Of a stretch of 64,000 nucleotides of DNA, positions 61,542-64,000 are shown in pieces; positions within the stretch are counted from its first letter, which is position 1; the number at the start of each line of letters is the position of its first letter. The translations under genes were made by a program, and so were the position numbers. Location: positions 672,001 to 736,000 of the forward strand of contig OY762492.1 in NCBI GenBank assembly GCA_963665845.2, given 5' to 3'. The notes beneath the pieces are model-generated. The model saw only the letters and a program-made list of their open reading frames with translations. It ran no database searches and was not told the DNA's origin. This DNA is from Candidatus Poribacteria bacterium. GTDB taxonomy: Bacteria; Poribacteria; WGA-4E; GCA-2687025.

Positions 61542-62108
61542 ATGATCTTGATGATCGACAATTACGATTCGTTCACCTACAACCTCGTTCAGTATCTGGG
61601 CGAAATGGGCGAGAAACTGGAGGTGGTGCGCAACGATGAAAAATCGGTGGACGAGCTGCTGGAGATGAAGCCGTCGCGCGTCGTCGTCTCGCCTGGGCCG
61701 TGCGATCCAGACGAGGCGGGCGTTTCGGTGGAGGCGATTTTAGCGTTTGCGGGGAAGGTTCCGCTGCTGGGGGTCTGTCTGGGACATCAGAGCATCGGGC
61801 AGGCGTTCGGCGGGAAGATCAAACGCGCCGACCGGCTCATGCATGGCAAAACCTCCATGATACGCCATAACAATGAGGATATTTTTGAGGGCATGCCGCA
61901 GCCGTTTCAGGCGACCCGCTACCATTCGCTGACGATTGAACGCGAGACGCTGCCGGACTGCTTGGAGATTACGGCGGAGGCGGAGGACGACGGCGAGATC
62001 ATGGGCGTCCGCAGTTTGCAGATGCTCATCTGGGGCGTTCAATTTCATCCCGAATCGATCTTGACGCCTCAAGGAAAGGATCTGCTGCGCAACTTTCTAA
62101 AGCAATGA
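61542..62108 (+). CDS. trpG: Anthranilate synthase component II (glutamine amidotransferase)
   Basis: [21 protein letters not shown] and QFHPES. Confidence 0.93.
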   Translation: MILMIDNYDSFTYNLVQYLGEMGEKLEVVRNDEKSVDELLEMKPSRVVVSPGPCDPDEAGVSVEAILAFAGKVPLLGVCLGHQSIGQAFGGKIKRADRLMHGKTSMIRHNNEDIFEGMPQPFQATRYHSLTIERETLPDCLEITAEAEDDGEIMGVRSLQMLIWGVQFHPESILTPQGKDLLRNFLKQ

Positions 62109-62112
62109 CAGA

Positions 62113-62663
62113 GGCGCCGCGTCCAATTCCCCCTTGAAAAGGGCGCGCCTCCGATTCCCCCTTGAAAAAGGGGGTGGGGGGTTTGGCGCGCGGGTTGCGC
62201 TTGGTTTTGAACTAGGATGGAAGGATGATTAAGATTGCCAAGAACGCTGCTTACGGGAATCCTCTTGGCAATCTTTTCAATCTTGGCAATCCTAGTTCAG
62301 ACAGCAGACGTTTTCGGCGGCGCCTCTGGATTCCCGCTTGCGCGGGAATGACGAGGAGTGGGAGCAGGAATGACAGCGGCGCTGCGTCCAATTCCCCTTG
62401 AAAGGGGCGCGCCTCCGATTTCCCCTTTGAAAAGGGGGCTAGGGGGGTTTGGCGCGCGGGTTGCGCTTGGTTTTGAACTAGGATGGAAGGATGATTAAGA
62501 TTGCCAAGATAGGGGCTTTCGGGAATCCTCTTGGCAATCTTTTCAATCTTGGCAATCCTAGTTCAGACAGCAGACGTTTTCGGCGGCGCCTCTGGATTCC
62601 CGCTTGCGCGGGAATGACGGAGAGAGGGCGCGGGAATGACGGAGAGAGGGCGCGGGAATGACG
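62113..62663 (-). repeat. Tandemly duplicated ~265-bp composite repeat, reverse complement of the 32356..32570 block
   Basis: Two units, each with C/G hairpins, a TGAACTAGG inverted element and a palindrome (62329, 62595), plus trailing half-site repeats. Confidence 0.85.
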
Positions 62664-62810
62664 GTTTGCACGGCGGGCCGGCGCGCAAAATATGAACGTC
62701 ATCGCCTATAGAGGCTGCCAAAAAACCTTGCTTGCATTGCCCCGCAGTTGTGGCATACTTAGTGGCGCAGGGTTGGTTTTACTGACGACATCATTCTGCG
62801 GAGAAATATC

Positions 62811-64000
62811 ATGCCTATCACCCGCCGCCGTTTCTTGCATTGGGCGGGAGCCGCATCTCTTGGGTTCTTAGGGCTTCGCTACATGACCGGCTGCGGCTTC
62901 GACCCTGAATCGGTGTATGGTCCGCTTGTTTCCGATCCAAAAGGCGTCATGGATCTGCCCGACGGTTTTTCATACGCGATATTTTCGGAAACGGGTAACG
63001 AGATGTCGGACGGGCTGCTCGTCCCCGGCGCCCATGACGGCATGGCGGCGTTCCCCGGACCGAACGATCAAACGATCGTCATGCGCAACCATGAGCAGAA
63101 CCCGACCGCCGTTGAAGCAAGCCCGTTCGGCGAGCGCTGCGAGCTGTTAGAAAAACTGGACGCCTCGCGCATCTACGACGGCGGCTTTGGCAAGAAGCCG
63201 AACCTCGGCGGCGTGACGAAGTTTGTATATGACACCCGCGCCCAAAAACTGATCTCGGAGGAGCTGGTTCTCATCGGGACGAAACGCAACTGCGCAGGGG
63301 GGCGCATGCCGTGGGGTTCCTGGATCACCTGCGAGGAGGACACCCAGACGGCAGACGAGGGCTTTGAAAAGGCGCACGGATACAACTTTGAAATCCCCGC
63401 CAACTGGACAGGCGGGCTGATTGAGCCGATCCCGCTGAAAGACATGGGGCGCTTTTACCATGAAGCGGTCGCCGCCGACCCCGAAACCGGCATCGTCTAT
63501 CAGACGGAGGATCAGGCGGACGGGCTTTTCTATAGATTCTTGCCGAAAGTGAAAGGCAAACTGGCGGAAGGCGGCAAACTTCAGGCGCTGAAGGTGAGAG
63601 GCATGCCGGCGGCGCATCTCCAAAACTGGTACGAAACGGATGCGGATGTCGGACAGAAGCTGGATGTGGAATGGATCGATCTAGAGGATATTGATCCGAA
63701 GGAGGACGATCTGCGGGGGCGCGGGCATCTGGCGGGCGCGGCGCAGTTCACGCGCGGCGAAGGCATCTGGCGCGGAAACGGCGTCTTTTACTTCGCCTGC
63801 ACAAACGGCGGACCCGAGGAAATGGGGCAGATCTGGGAATATAACCCGACAACCGAAACGCTCCGCCTGTTCGTCCAGCCGAGCGAAACGGACATCTGCG
63901 AAAGCGCCGACAACCTGACCGTCTGCCCATGGGGCGGCCTGATGGTGTGCGAAGACAGAGCGGAGGCGCGGCTCATCGGCGTGACGCCGAAAGGCGAGCT
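62811..64000 (+). CDS. phoX: Tat-exported PhoX/DUF839 alkaline phosphatase (3' truncated by window edge; absent from the ORF track)
   Basis: Manual translation: MPITRRRFL Tat signal, LPDGFSY, HDGMAAF, RNHE, NCAGG..PWGSWITCEE, MGRFYHEA and RGEG. Confidence 0.88.
   Translation, partial: MPITRRRFLHWAGAASLGFLGLRYMTGCGFDPESVYGPLVSDPKGVMDLPDGFSYAIFSETGNEMSDGLLVPGAHDGMAAFPGPNDQTIVMRNHEQNPTAVEASPFGERCELLEKLDASRIYDGGFGKKPNLGGVTKFVYDTRAQKLISEELVLIGTKRNCAGGRMPWGSWITCEEDTQTADEGFEKAHGYNFEIPANWTGGLIEPIPLKDMGRFYHEAVAADPETGIVYQTEDQADGLFYRFLPKVKGKLAEGGKLQALKVRGMPAAHLQNWYETDADVGQKLDVEWIDLEDIDPKEDDLRGRGHLAGAAQFTRGEGIWRGNGVFYFACTNGGPEEMGQIWEYNPTTETLRLFVQPSETDICESADNLTVCPWGGLMVCEDRAEARLIGVTPKGE

Overview
GC-rich, gene-dense bacterial window with no rRNA, tRNA, CRISPR array, integrase or transposase. 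It most resembles Candidatus Poribacteria (inference from the secreted-protein C-terminal 'SVxPxGK...WGxLK' motif, several sulfatases, a PhyH dioxygenase and LamG/TolB-like proteins). Housekeeping content: thiD/thiE, a cysteine desulfurase, tilS-hpt, rpsD, tamB with a bamA/tamA-family gene, tmk, hisI-trpE-trpG, phoX and an NtrB/NtrC-type two-component pair. Notable accessory features: (i) an unannotated 25-aa His/Trp-containing leader peptide with a complete 1:2/2:3/3:4 attenuator fold ahead of the mixed hisI-trpEG operon; (ii) one ABC ATPase followed by six tandem paralogous ~490-aa membrane subunits; (iii) egtB-egtD directly downstream of an osmoprotectant-type ABC importer with a half-deleted fused binding domain and a putative porin; (iv) secreted or membrane proteins sharing conserved C-terminal modules; (v) a twice-frameshifted metzincin-like protease; (vi) a CGTC-type palindromic repeat family that builds composite intergenic elements. 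All calls come from motif reading, not database searches.
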